Shown piece by piece: positions 44,582 to 55,319 of a stretch of 64,000 nucleotides of DNA. The notes beneath the pieces were generated by a model, which was given only the letters and a program-made list of their open reading frames with translations, had not been told where the DNA came from and searched no databases. Within the stretch, counting starts at the first letter, position 1, and each line of letters begins with the position of its first letter. Origin of the DNA: an uncultured Chthonomonadaceae bacterium. Its GTDB lineage: Bacteria; Armatimonadota; Chthonomonadetes; Chthonomonadales; Chthonomonadaceae. Position numbers and translations under genes: made by a program. The DNA lies in the NCBI GenBank assembly GCA_963817895.1, contig CAWFQB010000004.1, positions 544,001-608,000 of the forward strand. The letters are read 5' to 3'.

Positions 44582-44616
44582 TCGGTGTTCGGTATTCGGA
44601 GTTCGGTATTCGGTGT
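44582..44616. repeat. tcggtRt-type heptamer array x5
   Basis: tcggtgt tcggtat tcggagt tcggtat tcggtgt. Confidence 0.85.
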
Positions 44617-44686
44617 TGGCATTTGCACTTTGGTTATTTCGCATCGAACCGGGAAATGCCTGCATGAACCGCAAATTTCTCGCCCA

Positions 44687-44816
44687 TTGCGCCAAAATTT
44701 TCACTACCAAGACGCCAGGTACACCAAGAAGAACGAGAAGAAGACGTTCTGAGCCTTTGGAGTTACCTCCTTATCTTGGTGTTCTTAGCGTCTTGGTAGT
44801 GAAAATTTTGGCGCAA
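44687..44816. repeat. Inverted-repeat element (CACCAAGA family), second copy
   Basis: Perfect 29-bp IR ttgcgccaaaattttcactaccaagacgc (44687-44715) / 44788-44816, extending imperfectly inward. Confidence 0.9.
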
Positions 44817-44902
44817 CATAAAGAAGGAACCCAAGGCTTGTGGCGAATACCTACCTGACAGGGTTTTCCATACCTGCAACAATTCACGCGAAGGTAAACA
44901 CC

Positions 44903-45876
44903 ATGCAGATGCTGACCATACCGAACACGAACCTGACAGTTTCCGCGCTTTCACTGGGCGGGGTAGGATTGGGAACGCGCACAACCGTAGAGGATTCGAT
45001 GCGCCTGCTCGACGCTTATGTGGAACTGGGCGGCAACTTTCTGGACAGCGCGCATATCTATGCGGCGTGGGTTCCGGGCGGGGAAGGGACGAGCGAGCGG
45101 ACAATCGGCAAATGGCTGCAAACGCGCGGCAATCGTTCGCAGATCGTGATTGGGACAAAGGGCGGGCATCCGCACATGAACACGATGCACATTCCGCGCC
45201 TGTCGCCCGAAGAGATCAAGCAGGACTTGCAGGAGAGTCTGGAACGGCTGCAGGTAGACACGATTGACGTTTACTGGCTGCATCGCGACGATCCTGCCCG
45301 CCCGGTCGGGGAAATGCTGGAAACGCTGAACGCGGCTGTTGCGCAGGAACAAAATCCGCTGTTACGGCTGTTCCAACTGGTCGGTCGAGCGTATGGAGGA
45401 AGCGCGGCAATATGCGCAAGCGCGGAATTTGACCGGCTTTGTCGCCAATCAGGTCGGCTGGAGTTTTGCGGAGCGCAACCCGAATGTCGGGGATACGACC
45501 ATGCGCTTCATGGACTGAGGAAACCCTGGCATATCATCAGCAAACCGGCTTGATGGCGGCGGCGTACTCGGCACAGGCAAGCGGCTTTTTCGCGGGCGCG
45601 TATGGGCGCGGCAAACTTCCGCCCGCTCCCGGCGTCCATGCAGGCGTCGTAGATGCTTATTACAACGAGGCCAATTTCAGCCGTCTGGAACGCGCCGAAC
45701 AATTGGCCGCGCGTTACAGCTGTACCGCCAACGCCATCGCGCTCGCCTATCTGCTCGGCCAATCTTTCCCCGCCTGCGCCATTATCGGCTGCGGCACTCT
45801 CGACCATCTGCGCGAAAGCTGCGCCTACGCCGACCTGCGACTTCAGCCGGAAGAAGTGAAATGGCTGGATAGGTGA
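44903..45876 (+). CDS. Aldo/keto reductase (frameshifted); its 3' end is the island target
   Basis: GGNFLDSAHIY, SERTIGKW, GTKGGH and IDVYWLHRDD motifs. Confidence 0.88.
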
Positions 45877-46259
45877 GAGCAAGGAACTCCCAAATGAACT
45901 TAAATCCTCCGGTAGAACGATTAAATCTGATAGAAACGTGGACTTTCCTGCGAGAAACCACCAATCTGATCTGGTGTCCCGAAAAAGTTGATGGAGAAGC
46001 GGATGTAGACTTTACAGATGCTAACCTTGAAGAGTGTGATATGCGTCGCTGCACTTTTGAAAACGTTCGCTTTGTTCAGGCAAATTTAAGTGGCGCAGAT
46101 CTGAGAATGTCTTCATTTGAGAATTGCGACTTCACGGGCGCGAACATGGCAGGCGCGAAGATGAGACGCTCTCAAGCCAAAGGTATAAGCCTGTCGGAAC
46201 AACAAAGGCAACAAATAGATTGGAAGCGTAGAGACGGCAAAGAACCTCCAGGAGGTTAA
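45873..46259 (+). CDS. Pentapeptide-repeat protein
   Basis: VDFTD ANLEE CDMRR CTFEN VRFVQ ANLSG ADLRM repeats. Confidence 0.75.
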   Translation: MRARNSQMNLNPPVERLNLIETWTFLRETTNLIWCPEKVDGEADVDFTDANLEECDMRRCTFENVRFVQANLSGADLRMSSFENCDFTGANMAGAKMRRSQAKGISLSEQQRQQIDWKRRDGKEPPGG

Positions 46260-46278
46260 CGGTTGCAGTTTTACATGT

Positions 46279-46650
46279 TTATGGAGGCGGTGGAGTTGGA
46301 GGAGGATTAACGGCAAGGCCAATGGCGTTGGCAAAGGTCTGTTCAACTTTCAGAAGGTCAGCGGCGGATATAGCGCCCAATCTACGAACAACAAGGGACT
46401 GTTCGACTGTGCCAAGTATGCCTTTTACGACTGATGGCTTGATCAATCCGGCGACTGCCCAATCCGTCAGCGCGGTGTCATCAGGCTGCCCGCTGGAAAG
46501 ATTACTGGTAATGGGCGCGACAATAATATCGGCGCGGCGAGTGTTGTAGGCGGTTGTGCTGAAGATGAGGGCAGGACGGCGTTTGGAGCCGGATTGATTC
46601 GTGTAGGGGAAGGGTAGGAGGACGACTTCACCCCGTTTATAGATCGTCAT
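46279..46650 (-). CDS. PemK/MazF-family type II toxin
   Basis: YKRGEVVLLPFPYTNQSGSKRRPALI, IVAPITS and GLIKPS motifs; overlaps the antitoxin 3' end. Confidence 0.9.
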   Translation of the reverse strand: MTIYKRGEVVLLPFPYTNQSGSKRRPALIFSTTAYNTRRADIIVAPITSNLSSGQPDDTALTDWAVAGLIKPSVVKGILGTVEQSLVVRRLGAISAADLLKVEQTFANAIGLAVNPPPTPPPP

Positions 46651-46927
46651 AAACGGAGTCCTCGTCATTATCCCAAACCTTTGCAAATGCGGGTTCGGAA
46701 AGACGCATCAGGGAACGGGTCAATTCAGCGTCGGCAATCTCATCGTCCGTAGGCAACTGTAGCAAATCGCGCCCCAAAATACGCCAGTTGCGTCCAATTT
46801 TGACGCCGCGCGCAAGCCCGGCATCCAGTAGATGCTGGACGCTTCGCCGCGAAACCCGCAGCATCGCCGCTGCTTCTTCGGGTGTGTAGTAGATATTCGG
46901 ACTGATTTCGAGGTTTTGCATAATCAT
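46637..46927 (-). CDS. Putative antitoxin: excisionase-like HTH plus acidic tail
   Basis: YYTPEEAAAMLRVSRRSV..GVKIGRNWRI HTH, then LSEPAFAKVWDNDEDSVYDDL; directly upstream of the toxin. Confidence 0.75.
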   Translation of the reverse strand: MIMQNLEISPNIYYTPEEAAAMLRVSRRSVQHLLDAGLARGVKIGRNWRILGRDLLQLPTDDEIADAELTRSLMRLSEPAFAKVWDNDEDSVYDDL

Positions 46928-47067
46928 AAACGAGGATTCCCCTCGACTTCCGAAATGATATATTCTATATTCTTGAAGGAGTGGGAGGCTTCCCGTTGTG
47001 CTTCCGGTACAGGTAATTCTCCTGTCTTTGTAAAGTATACCACGTTGCTGCCTGATTAACAATCACT

Positions 47068-48003
47068 CTACTCGCCCGCGCTTGCTCTGGCGGCTTCGCG
47101 CAACCGGCCCACGTCACGTAGCGGCGGCAGTCCGAAGAGCCGCTTGTACTCCCGATTGAAGTGCGCGGCATCCTCATAGCCTACGCGGTAGCCTGCGCTT
47201 GCGGCGTCAATATCTTCTCCCAACAGGAGGCGTCGCGCTTCCTGAAGGCGCAACTGCTTCTGAAACTGCAAGGGCGTCATGGCGGTCACGGTCTTGAAGT
47301 GGTGGTGCAAGCCGGAAGCGCTCATTCCCAATTCCCGCGCGAGGTGGTCAATCCGTAGCGGTTGATCGAAGTTGTCGCGTATCCGTTCTACGGCGCGGGC
47401 AATGCGGTCGGCGCAGCCGCCCCGGGCTACCAGGTGTCGCAGCCGCCCGCCCTGTTCCCCCATCAAAAGCCGAAAGACGATTTCGCGGGTGATTAGCGGA
47501 AGCAGCACGCGCGCTTCCACCGCGCTGTCGAGAAGCCGAACGAGCCGCAGAGTGGCGTCGAGCAGACCCGCATCCAGCGAACTGACATGAATGGCCCTCA
47601 CGTCGGCGTTACCCTGCGGCGTGGATTGCTCGGCCTCGACCAGTACCGAGCCGACGAGGACAGGGTCCAGATTGAGGCGAAAACTCAGGTACGGCTGCGC
47701 CCGCGACGCCTCAATGACGTGGCTCACGATGGGCAACTCGACCGTGTTCAGAAGATAGTGGGCAGGGTCGTATCGGAACCGCTCTTCCCCCACAACGATC
47801 TCTTTATTCCCCTGCGCGATAACGCAGAAGGAGGGTTCCGATACCGCGTGGAACGGTTGGGTAGGCGAAGAGGAGCGGCGCAGAAAAATTCCCTTCAGCG
47901 GCTCAACCACGCCATCTTCAGGAACGGCCTGCGCGATACGCTCCTTCAACTCCTCTCGATTAACTTGCTCCCTCTGCTCCGCTCGCTCGCTGTTTACTCC
48001 CAT
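47068..48003 (-). CDS. AraC-family regulator (YqhC-type N-terminal domain)
   Basis: PSFCVIAQGNK, MTPLQFQKQLRLQEAR and VGYE..HFNREYKRLFG motifs. Confidence 0.93.
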   Translation of the reverse strand: MGVNSERAEQREQVNREELKERIAQAVPEDGVVEPLKGIFLRRSSSPTQPFHAVSEPSFCVIAQGNKEIVVGEERFRYDPAHYLLNTVELPIVSHVIEASRAQPYLSFRLNLDPVLVGSVLVEAEQSTPQGNADVRAIHVSSLDAGLLDATLRLVRLLDSAVEARVLLPLITREIVFRLLMGEQGGRLRHLVARGGCADRIARAVERIRDNFDQPLRIDHLARELGMSASGLHHHFKTVTAMTPLQFQKQLRLQEARRLLLGEDIDAASAGYRVGYEDAAHFNREYKRLFGLPPLRDVGRLREAARASAGE

Positions 48004-48157
48004 GCTGCCATCTCCCTTTATTCTTCACTGTTTGCAGGATTGTACAAAAATATTCCACAATCGTTATACCACGTTCCGCCCCCTCAACGTAGAATGGCAT
48101 GAAAGCAGGGAGAAATTTTCTTCGCTGCAAACAATTCCCTGGATTAATGTTCAATAG

Positions 48158-49260
<1,103 letters not shown>

Positions 49261-49429
49261 GCCGGTCAGTCCACGACCACGCCCGAAGCCCGCGCGGAGA
49301 AGAGCCTGGAAGTTCAATAGCAGATTGCGTGTTAACGCAGCTTTTGCCACTCATCGGCTACCCACGCGCTCAACGGACTTAAGGCAACCAATGATGTGGC
49401 GCCCACCCATTAACCAGTAAAGGCAGAAC

Positions 49430-50365
49430 CTGAAAAATGTAATTGTAGTAATTGGCCCCGGCCTGATCGGACAGGCGATTGCCCGTCGCGTCGGCGTCGG
49501 GAAACAGATAGTGCTGGCGGATGTGCGGCTTGACAACGCCAACGCGGCGGAGGTGCTGAGTAACGCCGGATATGAGGTGAGTGTTTCGACCGTTGATGTC
49601 TCCTCACGCGAAGCCGTGAAGGCGCTGGTGGAAACAGCGACAAGCCTGGGCGATGTGACCGGCCTTATCCATGCCGCCGGCGTGTCTCCCTCCCAGGCGT
49701 CGCCGGAAACTATTCTCAAGGTGGACCTCTACGGCACGGCGCTTGTGTTGGAAGCGTTCGGCGCGGTCATGGCACAGGGCGGGTCCGGCGTCGTCATCAC
49801 CTCGCAATCCGGGCATCGGCTTCCCGCGCTCACGGAGGAGCAGAACATGGCGCTCGCCACCACGTCTGTCGAGGAATTGCTTGCCCTGCCCTTCCTCCAA
49901 CTCGATCAGGTGCAAAACTCGCTCCATGCCTACCAACTCGCCAAGCGCGGGAACTCGCTTCGCGTTATGACGGAGGCTTTACACTGGGGCAAGCGCGGCG
50001 CGCGCATTAAAGCGTTTAGAAAAGTCTTTCTGATGCCTACTTTGCCCCGTGCAGGCGCATCATCGAGTGAAAGCGCAACGCTTTCAATACGTTGCGAGGC
50101 GAAATAAAAAAAAAGTTTACTTTTCCCCCCCTAAATCCCCGGTCCGCTCGCTAAGGACGAACTGACCGGGCCGCGAGGAGAAACCTATCGAAATATGATC
50201 GAGGGATCGGTTGCGGGGCGGGCAGGAACTCCGGACGAGGTGGGCAACGTCGCGGCGCTTCTAATGGGGCCGGACGGCGGGTTCATCACGGGCAGCGACT
50301 TCCTGATGGATGGAGGCGTCACCGCAGCCTACTGGTTCGGTGGGCTTGCGCAACCCGGCTCCTGA
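49430..50365 (+). pseudogene. SDR oxidoreductase interrupted by a ~130-bp insertion; CTG at the expected start
   Basis: (L)KNVIVVIG..IGQAIARR...WGKRGARI, then the insert, then PLAKDELTGPRG...FITGSDFLMDGG...*. Confidence 0.8.
50008..50137. mobile_element. MITE/IS-remnant-like insertion in the SDR gene
   Basis: Non-homologous AT-richer insert with imperfect inverted ends (tttagaaaagt ... acttttc..ctaaa) and an in-frame stop. Confidence 0.5.
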
Positions 50366-50411
50366 ACGCGCGCCGACGAACCCTTACTTTTACGAACGAA
50401 TGGACAACATT

Positions 50412-51457
50412 ATGAAAGCGGCAATCTTCAAGGGAATTGGAAAGGTCGAAATCGAGGAGCGTCCGAAACCGGTGCTCAAGGAGGGAACCGACGCCGTCGT
50501 CCGCGTCACGCGGTCATGCGTGTGCGGATCGGACCTCTGGTATTTCCGCGGACACTCGGAACATACGGTTGGCCCCATCGGCCACGAGTTCATCGGCGTG
50601 GTTGAGGAAATTGGCTCTGACGTGAAGGCCATAAAGCCGGGTGATTTCGTTATCACGCCGTTCGCCTTCAGCGACGGCACTTGCCCCAACTGCGCCCGCG
50701 GCTTCCACACGGCCTGCGTTCACGGCGGCTTTTTCGGAAGCGGTGACGAGGGGATGGGATGCCAGGCCGAGTATGTCCGTGTGCCGCAGGCGGACGGAAC
50801 GCTCGTGGTCGTTCCTGGCTCGGATTTTTCCGACGACGTTCTGGCGTCCCTCCTGACACTCAGCGACGTGACGGGAACCGGCTATCACGCCGCCGTAAGC
50901 GCCGAAGTGAAGGCAGGCGATACGGTAGCGGTAGTCGGCGACGGAGCCGTGGGACTTGCGGGAGTCCTCTCGGCAAAACTTCTCGGAGCAACGCGCATCC
51001 TTGCGTTCAGCAGGCATGAAGACCGGCAAAGGCTCGCCCGCGAGTTCGGCGCGACCGACATCATCGCGGAACGCGGGCAAGCCGCCATTGAAGCGATCAA
51101 GAAGCGAACCGAGGGCATCGGCGTTGACGCGGTTTTGGAGTGTGTCGGCACCGGCGAAGCGAACGATACCTCCTTTGCAATTGCCCGCGCAGGAGCGATT
51201 GTCGGTCGAGTCGGCGTGCCGCATGAGGTTGAAATTGACGCTACCGGCACGTTCTTCCGTAACGTCGGGATGCGCGGCGGCCCGGCGCCGGTTCGAGCCT
51301 ACATGGACGCGCTGTTGCCCGCCGTACTGGAAGGCCAGATTAATCCCGGCAAGGTATTCGACTTCGTGACGGATCTCGAGGGATCGCGGAGGCATACGCG
51401 GCTATGGATGAACGGCGGGCGGTCAAGTCGCTCCTGAAAGTCAGCGAGATTAGGTAG
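50412..51457 (+). CDS. Zinc-dependent alcohol dehydrogenase family (frameshift near 51385)
   Basis: CVCGSDL, GHEFIG, LSDVTGTG and VGDGAVG motifs. Confidence 0.9.
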
Positions 51458-51748
51458 CAAGGAAAGAGACGCTATGGAAATCGCTAAAAATGGATATCAA
51501 GCGTCGCAATACACGGGTTCCGCAGCAAGCGTGATTTGCCCGAGTGGCGTGAAGTGAAGGAGCAAACAATGCAGAAAGAGATACTCGGTAATAGCGGGCT
51601 TGTTCCGGTCAACACGAAACCGCATCGGCTGGCGGTGAACATGAAAGCGAGAAGGTTTTGCTTTTCGGCACATCAGCGCTGATTTTGTGCCTGTTGTGCG
51701 CGTATATGCGCCTCCTCGCTCAACAGAAGCAGAAGCTACGTCGCGCGG

Positions 51749-52042
51749 TTGGCGGAACTTGAGATTGACCCTGCGCAGCTAAAAAGCTATAAGGCGGCGC
51801 TGCGGGAAGAAATTGAGACTTCCATTCGCATGGAATCGGGAGTTCTGAACCTGTATGCCGTGTCTGTTAAGGGACATCCCGCGCAGATCAGGCTTTTTGA
51901 GCTGTATGCCGATGAGGGCGCGTACAGGGCGCACCTGCAAACGCCGCATTTCAAGAAATACAAGAACGGCACGCAGGGAATGGTCAAGTTCCTCAATCTC
52001 GTCGAGACAGACCCCATCTTGCTCGGCGCGAAGGCGAAGTGA
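51749..52042 (+). CDS. Antibiotic-biosynthesis/quinol monooxygenase (ABM) domain protein
   Basis: ESGVLNLYAV, FELYAD and HLQTPHF motifs; the true start may be the frameshifted ATG at 51641. Confidence 0.8.
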   Translation: MAELEIDPAQLKSYKAALREEIETSIRMESGVLNLYAVSVKGHPAQIRLFELYADEGAYRAHLQTPHFKKYKNGTQGMVKFLNLVETDPILLGAKAK

Positions 52043-52067
52043 ACGGAAGGAAAGAGAGAAAGATCAG

Positions 52068-53054
52068 ATGGAATACACGAAACTGGGAAATACGGGAATG
52101 GACGTGTCCCGAATCTGCCTCGGCTGCATGGGGTTTGGGGACGCGGAGCGTTGGACGTCACAAATGGGTGCTCAATGAGGAAGACAGCCGGCCCATCATC
52201 CAGAAAGCCCTCGAACTGGGGATCAATTTCTTCGATACGGCCAACGTCTATTCCATCGGGAAGAGTGAGGAGATCCTCGGACGCGCCTTGAAGGACTTCG
52301 CGAACCGGGACGAGGTTGTCATCGCCACCAAGGTGCGCGGCAAGATGCAGCGACGGACCGAATGGCGAAGGGCTGTCGCGCAAGGCGATTCTGAGCGAGA
52401 TCGACAAGAGCCTGAAGCGGCTTGAAACGGATTACGTGGACCTCTACCAGATCCATCGCTGGGATTACCAAACCCCCATCGAGGAGACGATGGAAGCGCT
52501 GCATGACGTGGTGAAGGCGGGCAAGGCCCGCTATATCGGCGCTTCCGCCATGTTCGCGTGGCAGTTCCAGAAGGCGCTGCACGTCGCCGAAAAGCACGGG
52601 TGGACCCGCTTCGTCTCGATGCAGGATCACCTGAACCTCATCTACCGCGAAGAGGAGCGGGAGATGCTGCCGCTCTGCCGCGAGGAGAAGATCGGCGTGA
52701 TTCCCTACAGTCCGCTCGCGTCGGGAAGATTGACGCGGGACTTCGTCGGCGGAAAGCACGCTCCGCTCCGAAACCGATCAGATCGCCAAAAGCAAATACG
52801 ATGCGACCGCCGAAACAGATCGGCGGGTGGTGGAGCGGGTCGCGGAAATCGCGGAAAAGCACGGGGTTCCGCGCGTTCATATCGCGCTTGCCTGGCTGCT
52901 GCAGAAGAAGCCGGTGACGGCGCCCATCATCGGGGCAACGAAGATCACGCATCTGGAAGATGCCGTCGGCGCCCTGGCCGTCAAGCTGACCCCGGAAGAG
53001 GTCGCCTACCTGGAAGAGCCGTATGTGCCGCATCCCATCGTCGGCCATCAGTGA
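52068..53054 (+). CDS. Aldo/keto reductase (frameshifted)
   Basis: MEYTKLGNTG, FFDTANVYS, DYVDLYQIHRWD and PYSPLASG motifs. Confidence 0.88.
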
Positions 53055-53138
53055 ATAGAAGGTGCAGTGGGCATTGTTGAGCACGGGGGCAATTTGTATA
53101 AGAAAGCCGGCTGCCGCAGGGAGCAAAAAGGAGAAAAC

Positions 53139-53536
53139 ATGGAAATCAGAAGAAACGGGTCGCGGCCCTCCGGCAAAGGGCCGGAAGCATGGTTTACGGG
53201 TACTGTGCGCATAGACCCTCTCTTTCAGGCGGACGAGCCCGCCGCGCGCTGCCGGCGCGAGTGTCACCTTTGAGCCGGGGGCGCGTACCGCCTGGCACAC
53301 GCATCCGCTGGGACAGACCCTCATTGTGACGGCGGGATTGGGATGGGCGCAGCGCGAGGGCGGCCCGGTTGAGGAAATCCGGCCCGGGAGACGTGGTCTG
53401 GTTTCTGCCGGACGAGAAGCACTGGCACGGCGCTACGCCAACCACCGCCATGACGCACATCGCCATTCAGGAAAATCTTAACGGCAAGGTCGTGGAGTGG
53501 ATGGAGCATGTCAGCGACGAACAATACCGGAAGTGA
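53139..53536 (+). CDS. Cupin-domain protein (frameshifted)
   Basis: [27 protein letters not shown] and EKHWHGA motifs. Confidence 0.85.
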
Positions 53537-53550
53537 GGACTGACAAACTG

Positions 53551-53582
53551 AGGAGGCTGATTTAATCACGAATCAGCCTCCT
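53551..53582 (+). terminator. Hairpin after the cupin gene, abutting the island right boundary
   Basis: aggaggctgatt / aatcagcctcct. Confidence 0.6.
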
Positions 53583-53699
53583 TTGCGCGAAAGCTGCGCC
53601 TTCGCCCACTTGAAACAGCAACTTGAAGAAGCAGCATGGCTGGATAAAGATTGACCTCACATCACGCCTGCTCCTTTGTGTAAAGAGTACACCCTGACT

Positions 53700-55316
53700 T
53701 TATTCCAGCGAACGATTAAAGGTGGATTGATTGCAAAATACCAGCCCCGCGCGGGTTCCAATCCACAGTCCGCCGGGTACATAGCAAAGCGCCTGCGCTT
53801 CCGCCGAGAGGTTTGGTGAGACAAGATGAATACATTTCAAGTCGCCATTGATAGATTGATGCCACACGTCATGCCGTGTTGCGATATATAAGCCGCCGCT
53901 TGCATCGGGTTCCAGAGCGGTGACGTTTTCTCCTTTCAATTCTTTTGGAGAAGTCCATGCTGCGCCGTTCCATTCTGCCAGACCGTCCACGAATGTGCCT
54001 GCATAAATTTTGTCATTCATGCAGACCAGGGCTGTAATCCAGTCGTCTGTCAGCCCGTTCCGCTCGTCATGCCAGCGCAGTGTGTGGGAATCTCGCGAAT
54101 ATTCTGCCAGTCCGCGCCCCTGTGTGCCAATCCAGAACGTATCGTTTTGCGGGCACAGGGCGGTTACGGGCAAACCCTGCAATTCCGGCACATCCAGATG
54201 ATGCGTCCACGCCTGCCCGTCGAACTCGCTCCATCCGCCCCATTGCGCCACATACAAACGGTGTTCGTCTAGCGGCCAGAGCGGATACTTCCCGGCGCGG
54301 CAATTGGCTGCAAACGTTGCGTTCCCATCTGCCGTTCGCAAACCGATCCACTTTGCCGTTGCCGTGCCGCAAATACAGGGCATTGCCGAATGTCGCCATC
54401 TGACGCGGCGAATTAGAAGAAATCGCGCCCGTGCGGTAATGTCCCCATCCGTTGGTCGCGCGAACCGCCATGCCGTCTTCCAGCGTACTGACCCACAGCG
54501 AGCCACCGACCATGCGCAACGCCTGACAGTTGTGATCTACCGGCTCTCGCGGCAAGTTGATGCGCCTTCCAGTGACCATCCTTATATTCCCATATTCCCG
54601 CCCGCCGCGTTCCAAGCCACAGATGCTCGCTGACTGCCTGCCAGCGCGGTAATTTCCCGCGCTCCAGTCGGCAGGCCGATGTTGACGCGCTGCCAGTCCT
54701 GTCCGTTCCATTCCCAAAGCCCTTCGCCGAACAGCGCAGCCAGTAAGAGATCATTTTGCGGCAGCAGCGCGGTGATATGCGTGCCACTTGAAGGTGGCTG
54801 CGGCAGCGTGTGCCACTTGTTTCCCGCCTGCACACGCAATCCGGCAAGGGTTGCCGCGTAGTTTCTGCCCTGCCATACTGCCGCGCAAGTCTGGTCAGGA
54901 AGCGGGAAAGGGGTTTGCGCCCGTTCCTCCGGCGTTGTCGGCTGCCAGTTTCCGTTGCGCCATACCATGCTGCTCGTTGGAAAGGTCGCCACAATCGCGC
55001 CATTGCGCCATTCCAAGCCGCGAACTTCATTTGCAGGCAGTCCGTCCATGCGCGTGAACTTTTGCCAGGTTCCGTTCACACGGCGCCGCAATATTCCGCC
55101 GAGCGTACCGGCCCACAATTCCCCATCTGGCGCGATTAGCAGGCAGGTCGTGTAGCGCGTGCTGGTAAACACAGCGTCCGCAGCGGGCGTGACGGATGGA
55201 ACTGTGGAGCGTGGCGCAGTCCGATGCCGCCAGATTCCGAACAACAGCAGGACGCCGACTGCCGCCGCGAACCAACGTCCTGCGCCCCGATGAACCAGAG
55301 GTCTTACGGAAAACAT
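53700..55316 (-). CDS. Membrane-anchored beta-propeller protein (ligand-binding sensor-type repeats, no kinase domain), frameshifted
   Basis: N-terminal TM, then repeated LWAGT..GG, DGLPANEV, LWVST, FWIGT and GLTDDWITAL blades. Confidence 0.75.
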
Positions 55317-55319
55317 GAT

